IMG/VR virus record: IMGVR_UViG_3300027797_000007
Source: a virus
Reading direction: 5' to 3' (one strand)
DNA: 5,172 bases
In this document: positions 5,171 through 5,172 of the stretch, piece by piece
Numbering within the stretch: the stretch's first letter is position 1
How the letters are laid out: each line of letters opens with the position of its first letter
Made by a program: the position numbers and the translations under genes
The notes under the pieces: generated by a model
Database searches by the model: none
What the model was told of the DNA's origin: nothing
Seen by the model: the letters and a program-made list of their open reading frames with translations, nothing else

Positions 5171-5172
5171 TT
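5069..5172. repeat. Terminal direct repeat, copy B (identical to 1..104)
   Basis: See copy A. Position 5069 corresponds to position 1, giving a unit genome length of 5068 nt. Confidence 0.9.

Noticed and set aside
1-5172. Terminal repeats as transposon or insertion-sequence ends, LTRs or phage cos/DTR packaging ends
   Set aside because: The repeats are direct, exact and internal to one open reading frame. There is no transposase or integrase, and the gene content is that of a circular ssDNA phage. Assembly overlap of a circle is the simpler explanation.
1-5172. A novel defence or other multi-gene 'system', CRISPR array, or tRNA/rRNA genes
   Set aside because: All coding capacity is accounted for by three recognisable microvirus core genes plus two small ORFs. 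There are no spaced repeat arrays and no cloverleaf-like or rRNA-like segments. Claiming a new system would not be supported by the sequence.
1-5172. Mollicutes/Spiroplasma host (SpV4-like) suggested by the AT-rich composition
   Set aside because: TGA terminates two of the genes (Rep and the 105-aa ORF) at sensible, tightly packed boundaries. All long ORFs are intact under the standard bacterial code. The capsid and Rep sequence style looks Alpavirinae-like rather than gokushovirus-like.

Overview
The window is a complete small circular ssDNA phage genome of the family Microviridae, given as the complement of the coding (virion-sense) strand. The first 104 nt (1..104) are identical to the last 104 nt (5069..5172). 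That pattern fits a circular genome of unit length 5068 nt linearised with an assembly overlap. All five credible genes lie on the minus strand and are tightly packed. In transcription order they are: a DNA-pilot/minor capsid protein (VP2-like) that crosses the circular junction (534..1 joined to 5068..4478, about 374 aa), a rolling-circle replication initiator (VP4/gpA-like, 4478..3516), a 90-aa orphan ORF (3325..3053), a large 684-aa major capsid protein (VP1/F-like, 3033..979), and a 105-aa acidic protein (977..660). There are two intergenic regions. Region 535..659 holds a G6/C6 hairpin that looks like an intrinsic terminator. Region 3326..3515 is very AT-rich and has a short hairpin next to the Rep stop codon. 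The supplied ORF track omits the N-terminal 178 codons of VP2 (minus strand, 1..534) and lists two spurious antisense ORFs there instead. All plus-strand ORFs in the track look like antisense artefacts of a T-rich strand. The capsid and Rep sequence style, the long capsid protein, the AT-rich composition and the lack of Shine-Dalgarno sequences suggest an Alpavirinae-like, Bacteroidota-infecting microvirus. I could not run any search, so that placement rests on remembered motifs. I see no defence system, CRISPR array, tRNA or rRNA gene, or transposon. The unresolved points are the two small orphan proteins, a 13-nt motif repeated before start codons, a candidate replication origin, and the lack of any recognisable lysis gene.
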